A DNA stretch of 64,000 nucleotides from Candidatus Magasanikbacteria bacterium GW2011_GWA2_56_11 (GTDB lineage Bacteria; Patescibacteriota; Patescibacteriia; Magasanikbacterales; UBA922), in assembly GCA_001004885.1 (NCBI GenBank), contig LCRX01000001.1, forward strand, positions 9,849 to 73,848. Direction: 5' to 3'. The translations under genes were made by a program, and so were the position numbers. The notes beneath the pieces were generated by a model that was not told the DNA's origin, did no database searches, and saw only the letters and a list, made by a program, of their open reading frames with translations. Of this stretch, positions 29,013-39,107 are shown piece by piece. Within the stretch, counting starts at the first letter, position 1. Every line of letters starts with the position of its first letter.

Positions 29013-30473
29013 ATGTCTCTGTTTCGCCGCCGCCTCTGGCCATACTTGCTCGCGGGCACCGGATTGGTTCTGTCCGTTTCCGCCCTGTCGGTCTACCGCG
29101 CGTTCAGGAATTTTCGCCCCGAGGCGCTTCTCGCCTCGCCGTTTGTCCAGAACGAGATCAAGCGCCGGGTCGGAGAAGACCACGCGCCTCTGTTCGCGCT
29201 CATGCCGGACCTGCTCGGATTTGGCCAGCCGCGCACTTTTTTGGTTCTTTTTCTCAATAACACCGAACTGCGTCCCGGCGGCGGATTTATCGGCGTATAC
29301 GCCGTCGTGCGCGCGGACCGCGGCCGGACGAGCGTACTGAAAATTGAAGGCACCGAAAACATAGACAATGCCGCGGCCAAAGACAAGCTGCCGGAGCCTT
29401 TGCCGGTCATGAAAGATCATCTGAAGGTTGACCGGTGGTATTTCCGCGACGCCAACTGGTCCCCGGATTTTGCCGCGAGCGCGCGGCAGGCGCTCGATCT
29501 TTACCGACGCGAGGGCGGCACGGCGGCAGCGGAGATAGATACCGTGGTGGGAGTAACGGCTACCGTTTTGGAAGAGCTCATGCGCTTGACCGGCCCGGTA
29601 AGCGTCCAGGGAGTCGAGTTTGCGGCCGGGACGGTGATCGAAAAACTGGAATACGAAGTCGAGTACGGCTACCAGGAAGACGGCATTCATCTGACTAAAC
29701 GCAAACAGATCATCGAGCCGCTTATGCACGCGGTGCTCGCGCGCTCGGGCGAACAGGTCATTGGGCGGAGCAAGGAGTATGTCGGCGTGCTCGACCGCTT
29801 GGCTCGCGAGCGGCATCTTATGCTCTACAGCGAAGACGAGACGTTCGCGGGCAAACTGCGGGATCTTGACCTAAGCGGTGCCGTCAAACCGGCTGCCGGA
29901 GATTATCTTTTGTGGGCGGACGCGAATTTGGCCGCTCTCAAAACTGACCACGCCATTGAACGCGGCTTGAATTATGAGCTCTTGCCGCTGCCGGGAGGCG
30001 GTTACGAGGCCCGCGCGAGCATGACTTACCGGCACACGGGCAAGTTCGACTGGCGCACGTCGCGCTACCGCACCTACGCGCGCGTTTTCGTGCCCCCAGG
30101 CGCCGAGCTTGTCGGCGCTGCCGGCGCCATGAAGTGGGACCGGACTGTCGGCGAGGGGCCGGTGGACACCGGCGAGGAGCTCAGCAAGCGCTGGTTCGGC
30201 GCGTTTATCGCCATCGAACCCGGGCAAACCAAAACTTTGACTTTCCGCTATAAATTGCCCCAGCCGACGGCCGATCAGATTGCCCAGGGTTCGTACAATT
30301 TGTCCGTGCAAAAACAGCTTGGCACGATCGCGCCCGGTTTGACTTTGGATCTCGATTTTGGCAGAATAGTAACCGGCGCCGCGCCGGCGGAAGAACCGGG
30401 CAAATGGCACGATGCGCGCTACCAAATCGCCTCTGACCTGCGCGAAGACAGAGAGTTCTCTATTCGTTTTTAG
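29013..30473 (+). CDS. DUF4012-like membrane-anchored protein
   Basis: N-terminal TM then FLNNTELRPGGGFIGVY motif characteristic of DUF4012 as I recall it; family call from memory only. Confidence 0.5.
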   Translation: MSLFRRRLWPYLLAGTGLVLSVSALSVYRAFRNFRPEALLASPFVQNEIKRRVGEDHAPLFALMPDLLGFGQPRTFLVLFLNNTELRPGGGFIGVYAVVRADRGRTSVLKIEGTENIDNAAAKDKLPEPLPVMKDHLKVDRWYFRDANWSPDFAASARQALDLYRREGGTAAAEIDTVVGVTATVLEELMRLTGPVSVQGVEFAAGTVIEKLEYEVEYGYQEDGIHLTKRKQIIEPLMHAVLARSGEQVIGRSKEYVGVLDRLARERHLMLYSEDETFAGKLRDLDLSGAVKPAAGDYLLWADANLAALKTDHAIERGLNYELLPLPGGGYEARASMTYRHTGKFDWRTSRYRTYARVFVPPGAELVGAAGAMKWDRTVGEGPVDTGEELSKRWFGAFIAIEPGQTKTLTFRYKLPQPTADQIAQGSYNLSVQKQLGTIAPGLTLDLDFGRIVTGAAPAEEPGKWHDARYQIASDLREDREFSIRF

Positions 30474-30478
30474 AAGTT

Positions 30479-31486
30479 ATGCTCATAAAAAAAGTCGCCA
30501 TTGACCTCGGTACCACCAATATACTGGTTTACCTTCCCAAGCGGGGTATCGTCGTCAACGAGCCGTCGGTGGTGGCGATCTCGCGCGAAGACAAAAAAGT
30601 GCTGGCGGTCGGCATGGAGGCCAAAGAAATGATCGGCCGGACCCCGGATACGATTATCGCCGAGCGGCCGCTCAAAGACGGCGTGATCGCCAGTTACAGC
30701 ACCACCGAAGCCATGCTTCGTTATTTTATTAATAAGGCCCTGGGCGGCGTGCGCTTGTTCCGGCCCGAGGTCATGATCGCCGTGCCGGCCGGCATTACCT
30801 CGACCGAACGGCGCGCGGTGATCGACGCGGCCATGGCGGCGGGCGCTCGCGCGGCCTACATTATCAAAGAGCCGATCGTGGCCGCGATCGGGGCCGACAT
30901 CCCGATCGGTTCGGCCTCCGGGCACATGATCATAGACATCGGCGGGGGCACGGCCGAGATAGCCGTCATCTCGCTCGGGGGCATAGTTTCGTGCGGCTCG
31001 GTGAGGATAGGGGGCAACCGTTTCGATCAATCCATTGCCGAGTACGTGCGGCGCAAATACGGTCTCGCCATTGGCGAGCGCACGGCCGAGGATGTGAAGA
31101 TCAGGATCGGTTCGGCTATGTTTATGGACAAACCCCTGTCGCTCGAGGTGAAAGGCCGGGACATGATAATGGGCCTGCCGCGAACGATTACTCTCTCGTC
31201 TGACGATACTACCGAGGCGCTCCAGCACGATCTCGAAGGCCTGGTAGAGGCGGTAAAGGAAGTGCTGCACAACACGCCGCCAGAGCTTTCGGCCGATGTC
31301 ATCGACAAGGGTATTATCATGTCCGGCGGGTCGAGCCAGCTGCGCAATCTGGACGCACTGGTATCCGAGGCCACGGGCGTGCCGTGCTACGTGGCCGACG
31401 AGCCTCTTTTGTGCGTGGCCAAGGGCACCGGCATAGCGCTCGAGAATCTGGAAAATTATAAGCGGAGCATTTTGGCGACGAAATAG
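30479..31486 (+). CDS. mreB: Rod shape-determining protein MreB
   Basis: KVAIDLGTTNILVYLPKRGIVVNEPSVVAI...; actin-like ATPase motifs. Confidence 0.9.
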   Translation: MLIKKVAIDLGTTNILVYLPKRGIVVNEPSVVAISREDKKVLAVGMEAKEMIGRTPDTIIAERPLKDGVIASYSTTEAMLRYFINKALGGVRLFRPEVMIAVPAGITSTERRAVIDAAMAAGARAAYIIKEPIVAAIGADIPIGSASGHMIIDIGGGTAEIAVISLGGIVSCGSVRIGGNRFDQSIAEYVRRKYGLAIGERTAEDVKIRIGSAMFMDKPLSLEVKGRDMIMGLPRTITLSSDDTTEALQHDLEGLVEAVKEVLHNTPPELSADVIDKGIIMSGGSSQLRNLDALVSEATGVPCYVADEPLLCVAKGTGIALENLENYKRSILATK

Positions 31487-31531
31487 GACCTGCTGACCAA
31501 AAATAACCTCCGGTTCATTTTTGGCCATTTA

Positions 31532-31601
31532 GGCGCCAGCAATGCCCGGATTTCGTCGCCATACCGCGAGTAGCCTCCTCAATCCGGAGATTGCTGGCGC
31601 C
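31532..31601. repeat. ~21-bp imperfect inverted repeat GGCGCCAGCAATGCCCGGATT / AATCCGGAGATTGCTGGCGCC with 28-nt spacer between mreB and ribA
   Basis: read directly; no clear FMN-riboswitch consensus recognised. Confidence 0.6.
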
Positions 31602-31668
31602 TGGCTGATCCAAAACTGACCCGGGGAATAATTTTTGGGAGTAGGCCCCAGTATTTTATCTTAGCGCG

Positions 31669-32268
31669 ATGGACAATTATCCGATAACTAAATCAGCCGC
31701 CTCAATACTCCTGACCGACTACGGCGAGTTCACGATAGAAATATACGTAGACCGCGAAGGACGCGAGCACGTCGTTCTGAGCCGGGGGCAGTTTTCCGCC
31801 CTGGAGCCAGTTTTGGTGCGCGTTCACAGCGAATGTATCACCGGCGAAGTGTTCCATTCCCGGCATTGCGATTGCAAAAATCAGCTGGATAAGGCGCTCC
31901 AAATGATTGGCGCGGCCAGCGCCGGAGCGGTGATTTATCTGCGCCAAGAGGGCCGCGATATCGGGCTCTCGAACAAAATCAAAGCCTACGATCTACAGCG
32001 CCAAGGCCTGGATACGGTCGTGGCCAATGAACAGCTCGGATTCCTTCCGGACGCGCGCACTTACGAGGTGGCCGCGGCCATTCTTGAGTCGCTTGGCATT
32101 CGAACCGTGCGGCTGATGACGAATAATCCCGACAAAGTGGAGCAGCTCTCCGCTTTGGGGATCACAGTTGCCGAGCGCGTGCCGTTGGCTGTGCCTCCAA
32201 ACGGGGTGGACGATGCGTACCTGGAGGCGAAGCGGATAAAACTGGGACACTGGCTGGAAACGATCTGA
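31669..32268 (+). CDS. ribA: GTP cyclohydrolase II
   Basis: VHSECITGEVFHSRHCDCKNQLDKAL...IYLRQEGRDIGL zinc-binding CxH...C.C motif. Confidence 0.85.
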   Translation: MDNYPITKSAASILLTDYGEFTIEIYVDREGREHVVLSRGQFSALEPVLVRVHSECITGEVFHSRHCDCKNQLDKALQMIGAASAGAVIYLRQEGRDIGLSNKIKAYDLQRQGLDTVVANEQLGFLPDARTYEVAAAILESLGIRTVRLMTNNPDKVEQLSALGITVAERVPLAVPPNGVDDAYLEAKRIKLGHWLETI

Positions 32269-32278
32269 TACGCTGCGT

Positions 32279-33400
32279 ATGCCACACAACCGCATGCGGG
32301 ATTACTTCATGGAATTAGCTTTGGCCGAGGCGCGCCGCGGTCTTGGTCTTACTTTGCCGAATCCTGCAGTCGGAGCGGTATTGGTTAAAGGCGGCCGGGT
32401 GGTTGCCGCCGGGTATACCCAGCCGGCCGGTCACAACCATGCCGAAGTCGAGGCGATCCGCCGGGCGGGAAAGCGGGCGGCCGGGTCAACTCTGTACGTT
32501 ACTCTGGAACCTTGTTGCCATTTCGGCCAGACGCCGCCCTGCACCGATGCGATCGTGGCCGCCGGCATCGTTCGCGTGATAGCGGGCATGAAAGACCCTT
32601 ACCCAAAAGTGAATGGCGGCGGAGTTAAGATTTTACGCCAGCGGGGGATAAGGGCGGAATTTATTCCGGCCCGCAGCCGGCTGGCGCGCCAGATACGGCT
32701 TATCAATCAGCCGTTTTTGAAGTGGGTGGCGACGGGCCTGCCGTACGTAGTGGTAAAAGCGGCCGTATCGCTAGACGGGAAAATAGCCACGCGCGCCGGA
32801 GATTCCAAGTGGATTACCGGCGAGGCGGCGCGGGCGGACGCCCGGCTGGAGCGCAGCCAGTGCGACGCGGTGATCGTGGGCGCCGGGACAGTGGCCGCCG
32901 ACAATCCGGAACTGGCGGCACACGGTCCGTACAAGCAGAAAAATTTGCTGCGGGTGATTATCGATCCGCGGCTGTCGTCGGATCTTGAAAAAAAGGTTTT
33001 TCGCGATGAGTTCGTGTTCGTGGCCGCTACCGGCGCGGCGCCGGCCGCCCGGCAGCGGACGTGGGCTCTCTCCGGCATTAGATACCATACATTCGGCAAG
33101 AGAAAAGTTTCTATCGCGAAGTTGCTGGCTTATCTGGCCGCCATGGGCGTAAGGAGCGTTTATGTCGAAGGCGGCTCGGGGGTGAATGGCTCCTGGTACG
33201 ACGCGGCGCTCAAGGACCGGCGGCTCATAGACAGAATCATTTATTACATCGCGCCCAAACTGATCGGCGGACAGGCGGCGGTTTCGGCCATCTCTGGCCG
33301 GGGAGCGGTTTCGGTAGAGGCGGGACTCGCCCTGAAAGATCCGGAATACACCATACTGCGGCCGGATATCAAGGTTGCCGGGTTCGTTAACTATTTTTGA
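32279..33400 (+). CDS. ribD: Bifunctional riboflavin biosynthesis deaminase/reductase RibD
   Basis: NPAVGAVLVKGGRVVAAGYT...HAEVEAI...TLEPCCHFGQTPPC CDA zinc motif plus C-terminal reductase domain. Confidence 0.85.
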   Translation: MPHNRMRDYFMELALAEARRGLGLTLPNPAVGAVLVKGGRVVAAGYTQPAGHNHAEVEAIRRAGKRAAGSTLYVTLEPCCHFGQTPPCTDAIVAAGIVRVIAGMKDPYPKVNGGGVKILRQRGIRAEFIPARSRLARQIRLINQPFLKWVATGLPYVVVKAAVSLDGKIATRAGDSKWITGEAARADARLERSQCDAVIVGAGTVAADNPELAAHGPYKQKNLLRVIIDPRLSSDLEKKVFRDEFVFVAATGAAPAARQRTWALSGIRYHTFGKRKVSIAKLLAYLAAMGVRSVYVEGGSGVNGSWYDAALKDRRLIDRIIYYIAPKLIGGQAAVSAISGRGAVSVEAGLALKDPEYTILRPDIKVAGFVNYF

Positions 33401-34551
33401 GATGGTTTTCAGTTATGATATTGGGTATAGACGCCTCGCGCGCCAACCACGAGCACAAGACCGGAGTGGAGTGGTACAGCTTTCATATTATTGAGGCCCT
33501 CAAACGCGTGGTGCCCAAAGACGTTCATGTTAGGCTGTACGCGGATACCAAGCTTTCCGGTCCGCTCGGTGACCTGCCGGACAATTGGACAGAAAAAGTA
33601 CTCAGCTGGCCGCCGCGGCGTTTGTGGACTCATCTCCGTTTGAGCACCGAAATGGTTCAGTCGCCGCCGGACGTGCTTTTTGTCCCGGCGCATGTGCCGC
33701 CGTTGATCCATCCGCCCCGGACTGTTATGACGGTCCACGACGTGGCGGCGGCGCGCTTTCCGGAAACTTATTCGGCCTTCGAGCGCCGGTACTCGCTCGC
33801 CGCGGCGCGTTACGCGGTTCGCCGGCTGTGGCGGATCGTTACGCCCTCGGAATTTACAAAAAAAGAATTACTGGATTTGTTCGCCGAGCGGCGGGCGGAC
33901 AGCCTACAGCCGGACAGAGATAATATTTTTGTCGTGCCACACGGCTATGACCGCCGGTATGATATGCCGGGCGCACAGACGGAGATTCGCCGAGTATTAT
34001 CAGTTTACGGTATTTATCCTCCCTACCTGCTTTCTGTCGGAAGGCTGGAACGCAAGAAAAACACGGTCGCCACGGTACGGGCCTTTACCCAGATTCAAGA
34101 CAGATTGCCCGGTGAGAATTTGCATCTGGTCCTCGTGGGGTCTCCAGGATACGGCTACGAAGAAGTGGTCTCGGCTATCGCGGAGAGTCCCTATCGCGAC
34201 CGCATAGCGACGCCGGGCTGGGTCGGCGCCGAGAATCTGGCCGCGCTTTACCAGGGCGCGGCCGCAGTGCTGTTTCCCAGTCTTTACGAAGGCTTTGGTT
34301 TGCCACTACTAGAAGCCATGGCCTCGGGCACGCCAGTTATCGCCGGAGCCGGCAGCAGCCTCGAGGAAGTGGGCGGCGCGGCGGCGCTGTATGTCGCCCC
34401 GGGAGATCCGGCGGCACTGTGCGCGGCCGGGGTGCGACTCCTCACGGATGCCGCGTTTAACCGCCTTTGCCGCGAGCGCGGGTTGGCGCACGCGCGCCAA
34501 TTTTCCTGGGACCGGGCGGCCCGCCATACCTGGCAAGTGCTGGCCGCCTGA
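33397..34551 (+). CDS. GT4-family glycosyltransferase (GT-B fold)
   Basis: EGFGLPLLEAMASGTPVIAG... canonical GT4 C-terminal motif. Confidence 0.8.
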   Translation: MRWFSVMILGIDASRANHEHKTGVEWYSFHIIEALKRVVPKDVHVRLYADTKLSGPLGDLPDNWTEKVLSWPPRRLWTHLRLSTEMVQSPPDVLFVPAHVPPLIHPPRTVMTVHDVAAARFPETYSAFERRYSLAAARYAVRRLWRIVTPSEFTKKELLDLFAERRADSLQPDRDNIFVVPHGYDRRYDMPGAQTEIRRVLSVYGIYPPYLLSVGRLERKKNTVATVRAFTQIQDRLPGENLHLVLVGSPGYGYEEVVSAIAESPYRDRIATPGWVGAENLAALYQGAAAVLFPSLYEGFGLPLLEAMASGTPVIAGAGSSLEEVGGAAALYVAPGDPAALCAAGVRLLTDAAFNRLCRERGLAHARQFSWDRAARHTWQVLAA

Positions 34552-34588
34552 ATTGCCTGGGCGGGCTAAAAATGGTATTCTGGTGTAT

Positions 34589-35536
34589 ATGGCAGAACTC
34601 ATCGGCCACGGCAGAATAATGGCGCTTTTTGATACCCTCATCGAACGCGGCGCCATAAACCACGCCTATTGTTTTATCGGCCAGAACTCAGTGGGCAAGC
34701 GGACGGCGGCTGTGCTGGTGGCCGCGCGTTTGCTGGGGGTTATTCCGGAAAAAATACACACCTCGCCGGATTACCACTGCGTGGAGCGCGCGACTGACGA
34801 AAATACCGGGAAATTAAAGAAAGATATCAGTATCGAGCAAATCCGTTCTCTGGTTTCGTCTCTTCGGCAGAGCGCCTTTAAAAGCGGCGGCTACCGGGTG
34901 GCTATTATTGACGGGGCCGAGTATTTGAACGCCCCGGCCGGCAATGCCCTCCTTAAAATACTTGAAGAGCCGGGGGGGAAGACGGTGCTCATACTCACCG
35001 TTCGGGATGAGTCCCAGCTTTTGCCCACGGTACTTTCCCGGATGCAGCGGATATACTTTGCCCTTGTGCCTGCCGCCGAGTTGGCGGAATATGCCGAGCG
35101 CCGCGGCCTAAAAAAGGCTGAGGCCGCGCTCCTGGCCGAAGCGGCTCGTGGCAGGCCGGGATGGATGTTAGACGCCCTGGCAGTACCAGAAGGCGAGAAA
35201 CAGAAACCGCTCGAGCAGGAACGTTTTTTGTCTCTTTTTGGGCGTCCATGGTACGAGAAGCTCGAAGCTGTGGACGGTCTTTTTGGGGATAAGACGGATC
35301 ATATCGCGGCGCGCGAAGAACTTATCTCGGTATTGGACGAGTGGCATGTGTCGCTGGCCCGTATCGTCCGCGAGCCGCTGGCCGATAAAGCCGGTACCGC
35401 TATCGGGTCCCGGGCCAAGCTTACGCCTCACGGGATCATCGCTCTGGATTACGCGCTGAGACAGGCCAAGGAAGAATTGGCGCGTAATGTCCACCCGCGC
35501 TTACTGGTGGAACGGGTGTTGCTTGCCATACCGTAA
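34589..35536 (+). CDS. holB: DNA polymerase III delta-prime subunit
   Basis: GHGRIMALFDTLIERGAINHAYCFIGQNSVGKRTAA... clamp-loader AAA+ motifs; ORF-track start 34391 is too far upstream (it runs into the GT4 gene). Confidence 0.7.
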   Translation: MAELIGHGRIMALFDTLIERGAINHAYCFIGQNSVGKRTAAVLVAARLLGVIPEKIHTSPDYHCVERATDENTGKLKKDISIEQIRSLVSSLRQSAFKSGGYRVAIIDGAEYLNAPAGNALLKILEEPGGKTVLILTVRDESQLLPTVLSRMQRIYFALVPAAELAEYAERRGLKKAEAALLAEAARGRPGWMLDALAVPEGEKQKPLEQERFLSLFGRPWYEKLEAVDGLFGDKTDHIAAREELISVLDEWHVSLARIVREPLADKAGTAIGSRAKLTPHGIIALDYALRQAKEELARNVHPRLLVERVLLAIP

Positions 35537-35602
35537 CAGCGGCGGGATTCGCGGACAGTTAGTTAAGAAATTTATTTGTTTATTAATTTCAGGCAAGATT
35601 AT

Positions 35603-36685
35603 ATGAAAATGCGGTTACCGGTTTGGTTTCTCGCCGGCATCGTGCTTGTCTTGGCCGGTCAGGGCTGCGTATCGCTCGATGGCGGCAACAAGAGCAGCAC
35701 CACCGGTCCGGCGGGCATGTTTTTGTCCGCTGACAAGGGTGAAAGCTGGCAGGCGATTTCCCTGCTGCCCCTGGCCGACGGCGTGAAGAGCCTGTCCGCC
35801 GTTGACGTCTATGGCGTGGTGGAGGATCCGCAAGACCCGCAATCGCTTTACTGGCTCACCCGCACGCAGGGGTTGCTGTACAGCTATGATGGCGGCCGCA
35901 GCTGGCGGCAATCGGTTGAGCCGTTTAATAGCGGTTTTGTGTACAGCGTTGCCATTCATCCCCAGGACAAATGTACGCTTCTGGCCACCAACGGCCGCCA
36001 AATTTTCAAGACGGTGGACTGCAATCGCAGCTGGACCGAGATTTACCGCGAAGCAGACGTCTCGCGCAGTATTCGCACTGTAGCCTACGCTCCTTTTTCT
36101 CCCCATGAAATTTTCGCGGCCGAGAGCAGCGGCGATATCTTGAAGAGTGAAGACTCAGGACAGAGCTGGCGGCTGGCTTCCGAGGTGGGCAATGAGCTCT
36201 CCCGGCTGTTTTTGGACACCAATGAAGCCGGACTCATGTACGCGGCCAGCTCCAAAAACGGCTTATACCGGTCGCGCGACGGCGGCAAGACTTGGGTGCA
36301 GATCAAAAACCAGCTGAAGCAGTTTCCCAAGGCTCTGGAGTACCGCCGGATGTACTTGTATCCGACTCGTCCCGGCCAGTTATACTGGGTGTCTCAGTAC
36401 GGCATTTTAGTTTCCCGCAACGCCGGCGACGACTGGGAGTCAATCAACCTCATCACCCCGCCCGGCGGAGTCAATATTTTCGGCTTTGCCGTCAACCCGA
36501 AAAATGATCAGGAGATGTACTATTCCGCGACTGTCGGCACCCGCTCGACGTTTTACCGCAGCATCGACGGCGGCAAAAACTGGGTTACGCGCAAAATGCC
36601 TTCGGGGCAAATTCCCACTTTTTTGCGCGTGCAGCCAGAAACCGGCGGAATTTATCTTGGGTTCAGCGTCCCGCCGAAGAAGTAA
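35603..36685 (+). CDS. Secreted/lipoprotein-like BNR (Asp-box) repeat beta-propeller protein
   Basis: signal peptide MKMRLPVWFLAGIVLVLAGQGC; six S.DxGxxW Asp-box repeats (SADKGESW, SYDGGRSW, SEDSGQSW, SRDGGKTW, SRNAGDDW, SIDGGKNW). Confidence 0.7.
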   Translation: MKMRLPVWFLAGIVLVLAGQGCVSLDGGNKSSTTGPAGMFLSADKGESWQAISLLPLADGVKSLSAVDVYGVVEDPQDPQSLYWLTRTQGLLYSYDGGRSWRQSVEPFNSGFVYSVAIHPQDKCTLLATNGRQIFKTVDCNRSWTEIYREADVSRSIRTVAYAPFSPHEIFAAESSGDILKSEDSGQSWRLASEVGNELSRLFLDTNEAGLMYAASSKNGLYRSRDGGKTWVQIKNQLKQFPKALEYRRMYLYPTRPGQLYWVSQYGILVSRNAGDDWESINLITPPGGVNIFGFAVNPKNDQEMYYSATVGTRSTFYRSIDGGKNWVTRKMPSGQIPTFLRVQPETGGIYLGFSVPPKK

Positions 36686-36731
36686 AAGTCGGCTGGCAGC
36701 GCCCTAAATTATTAATGAGTGAAATACAATT

Positions 36732-37283
36732 ATGAATATAGTCCAGCAAAATAAAGCCCAGTTTGACGCCGCCATAGACCACCTAAGGCATGATATTTCA
36801 AGTCTGCGCACCGGTAGGGCTACACCGGCCCTGGTAGAGGATGTGCTGATAGAGGCTTACGGCACGAAACAACCGCTAAAGGCAGTGGCCTCGATTTCGG
36901 TGGCCGATGCCAAGACGCTCGCCATTGAGCCGTGGGACAAATCACTAACGCCGGCCATCGAAGCCGGGCTTAGAAGCTCCTCGCTGGGCATTAGCCCGGT
37001 AAATGACGGCAAGGCTATCCGTCTGCCGCTGCCGAGCCTCACGCAGGAACGGCGGGCCGAGCTTATAAAGGTGCTGCACCAGAAGTTGGAACAAGCGCGC
37101 ATAGCGCTGCGTAAAATTCGCGAAGACATCCGTCGCGAGATAGACCAGGCGGAGACTGACAGTACGATTGGCGAGGACCAGAAGTTTAAGATGAACGATG
37201 AAGTGGAAAAGTTGGTGAAAGATTACAACGAGAAAATAAAAACCATCGGGGAAGAAAAAGAGGTGGAGATCACGACTATCTAG
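36732..37283 (+). CDS. frr: Ribosome recycling factor
   Basis: full-length alignment-like match to RRF (…AIRLPLPSLTQERRAELIKV…). Confidence 0.9.
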   Translation: MNIVQQNKAQFDAAIDHLRHDISSLRTGRATPALVEDVLIEAYGTKQPLKAVASISVADAKTLAIEPWDKSLTPAIEAGLRSSSLGISPVNDGKAIRLPLPSLTQERRAELIKVLHQKLEQARIALRKIREDIRREIDQAETDSTIGEDQKFKMNDEVEKLVKDYNEKIKTIGEEKEVEITTI

Positions 37284-37376
37284 AAAGTCGGCGGCGGTGG
37301 AAAGCTAATTTGGCCTCAGTCGGCATTAGTGCTATACTTGAGCTGTTTCAATTTGGCTTATTATTATTTTTTGGAT

Positions 37377-39059
37377 ATGTCCCAACATCGACTATCCCGC
37401 GCCGCTATCATCGGGGTAGCGTCTGCGCTGGCGCTAGGGTACGCCGTTCCGGCCAGCGCTTTTTATTTGGAGGTGCCGCAGGTGCTCAAAGAGCTGGCGG
37501 CCCGCTTTCGTCCGGCGGCGACAGTAAACGCCGACGAGAATGAAACCGTGGGTCCGGGTCCAGGGCCGGAAATGCCGCCTCCGCCCGTCTCTCCAGCCGC
37601 AGGCACGCCTGCGCAGGATCAGCCCCAACCCTCTCCATATAGGGCCGAAATGCCGCCGGCCATGCCGCTCGACGAGAGCCGGACTCCCAATCAGCCGCCG
37701 CGGCGCGAGTTTATGGGTGAAGGCGAGTTTCGCGGCGAACGCGGCGAACGCAGAGAGGGACTTCCAGACGAGGGTCGCCGCGAGGAGAACGGCGAGACGC
37801 GCCGCGGCCCGGAGATGCCGCCTGAGGGGGAATTTCGCGATGATTTTCGCCGCGGGGTAAAAGAAATGGACCGACAGATGAACGAAGTTGAGTTCATGAT
37901 CAGAAACGGCGAACGCAGCGGCCAGCCAGTGCCGAAAGAAATGCGCGAGCGCTATGAACGCGGAGAGCAGATGATGGACAATTTGCGCGAGGGGCGGGGA
38001 CCAGAAGACATGCGGGATTTTAACATGGATGAGTTTGGCGAAACGGTGGACGAGCTCGAGCAGGATCGGCGCCGTTTGGAGGAGGAAAAACGCCGTTTGT
38101 CCCAGCTTCAGCGCGAAGTAAAGAACATTGAACGCGGGCTGGCTAATTTCGAAAAGCAGGCGGCCAGGCTCCAGAGACAAAAATTGGCGGTTCCGGCCGG
38201 ACTGTCGGAGCAAATGGTAAAGATCAAAGAAGTGCTCGCGGCCGTAAAGGCGGCCAAAACATGGGAAGAGGCCGAAGCGGCCGGCGTTGAAGATATGCAT
38301 GACCTGATGCAGAGTCTGGACGAGTGGCGCCAGGAGCTGGAGATGCTCGCTCGCTGGCCGCAAACTGCCAAACAGATTGACCGCGAACTCTCGAAACTGG
38401 CGCAGGCAGTAAAGAAGGCCAAAACCCTGGCTGCCCGGTTGGCCAAAAAAGAAATTGACATCTCGGCCCAGCTCGCGGCGCTCGAAGACGGTTACAACCG
38501 GCTGAAAGACGTCCGCGCCCAGGCTGGCGCCCATGTCGCGGCCGGCAATTCGCAGGCAGCGTTTGATCTTCTCGAGAGCGATTTCTTCGGGCAAACGGAC
38601 GACATTTACGAGAATCAGCGCCTTATCGAGATGATGGGCAACCTGGGACGATTTAACAGCGATTTTACCCGGGGCGTGAAGAAGATCGAAAAAACGATTA
38701 CCAAGCTCAAGCGCCAGAAAGTGGACACGGCCGATATGGAAAGGATGCTGTCGGACATGAAATCCTCCGGCGCGGCGCTTCTCTCCATGATAAAGAATAA
38801 AGACTTCGATCCGGACGAAGTTTTGAGCTCGCTCATGGATCTTGAAAATTTGAAGCAGGAATTGGACGAGGCCATAGGCGCGGCCACGGGCGAAGAAGAA
38901 GAACTGCCGTGGCAGAAAGGCAAGGATCAGTTTAGCGCCCCGCGCCTGTCGTCGGAGTTTCAGCGTATCGTGCCGCGCCGCGAGCGTACCGATGAGCCGC
39001 CGGCTGATTTTGGACCGCCCTCCAAACCGCTCGACGAAGCGAGCGAAGCCCAAGGGTAA
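37377..39059 (+). CDS. Secreted low-complexity Pro/Glu/Arg-rich coiled-coil protein
   Basis: signal peptide MSQHRLSRAAIIGVASALALGYAVPASA; long charged coiled-coil-like stretches; start 37377 preferred over 37329. Confidence 0.5.
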   Translation: MSQHRLSRAAIIGVASALALGYAVPASAFYLEVPQVLKELAARFRPAATVNADENETVGPGPGPEMPPPPVSPAAGTPAQDQPQPSPYRAEMPPAMPLDESRTPNQPPRREFMGEGEFRGERGERREGLPDEGRREENGETRRGPEMPPEGEFRDDFRRGVKEMDRQMNEVEFMIRNGERSGQPVPKEMRERYERGEQMMDNLREGRGPEDMRDFNMDEFGETVDELEQDRRRLEEEKRRLSQLQREVKNIERGLANFEKQAARLQRQKLAVPAGLSEQMVKIKEVLAAVKAAKTWEEAEAAGVEDMHDLMQSLDEWRQELEMLARWPQTAKQIDRELSKLAQAVKKAKTLAARLAKKEIDISAQLAALEDGYNRLKDVRAQAGAHVAAGNSQAAFDLLESDFFGQTDDIYENQRLIEMMGNLGRFNSDFTRGVKKIEKTITKLKRQKVDTADMERMLSDMKSSGAALLSMIKNKDFDPDEVLSSLMDLENLKQELDEAIGAATGEEEELPWQKGKDQFSAPRLSSEFQRIVPRRERTDEPPADFGPPSKPLDEASEAQG

Positions 39060-39073
39060 GGAAAATTACAGCT

Positions 39074-39102
39074 CAAACACCCCGCAAACGCGGGGTGTTT
39101 TT
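39074..39102 (+). terminator. Rho-independent terminator ACACCCCGC-AAAC-GCGGGGTGT+TTTT
   Basis: perfect 9-bp GC-rich stem plus T-run after the coiled-coil gene. Confidence 0.75.
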
Positions 39103-39107
39103 GGTAC

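Noticed and set aside
34391-34588. Upstream extension of the holB ORF (track start 34391)
   Set aside because: The extension overlaps the GT4 gene 3' end and translates to Arg/Pro-rich sequence. The conserved HolB N-terminus begins at ATG 34589.
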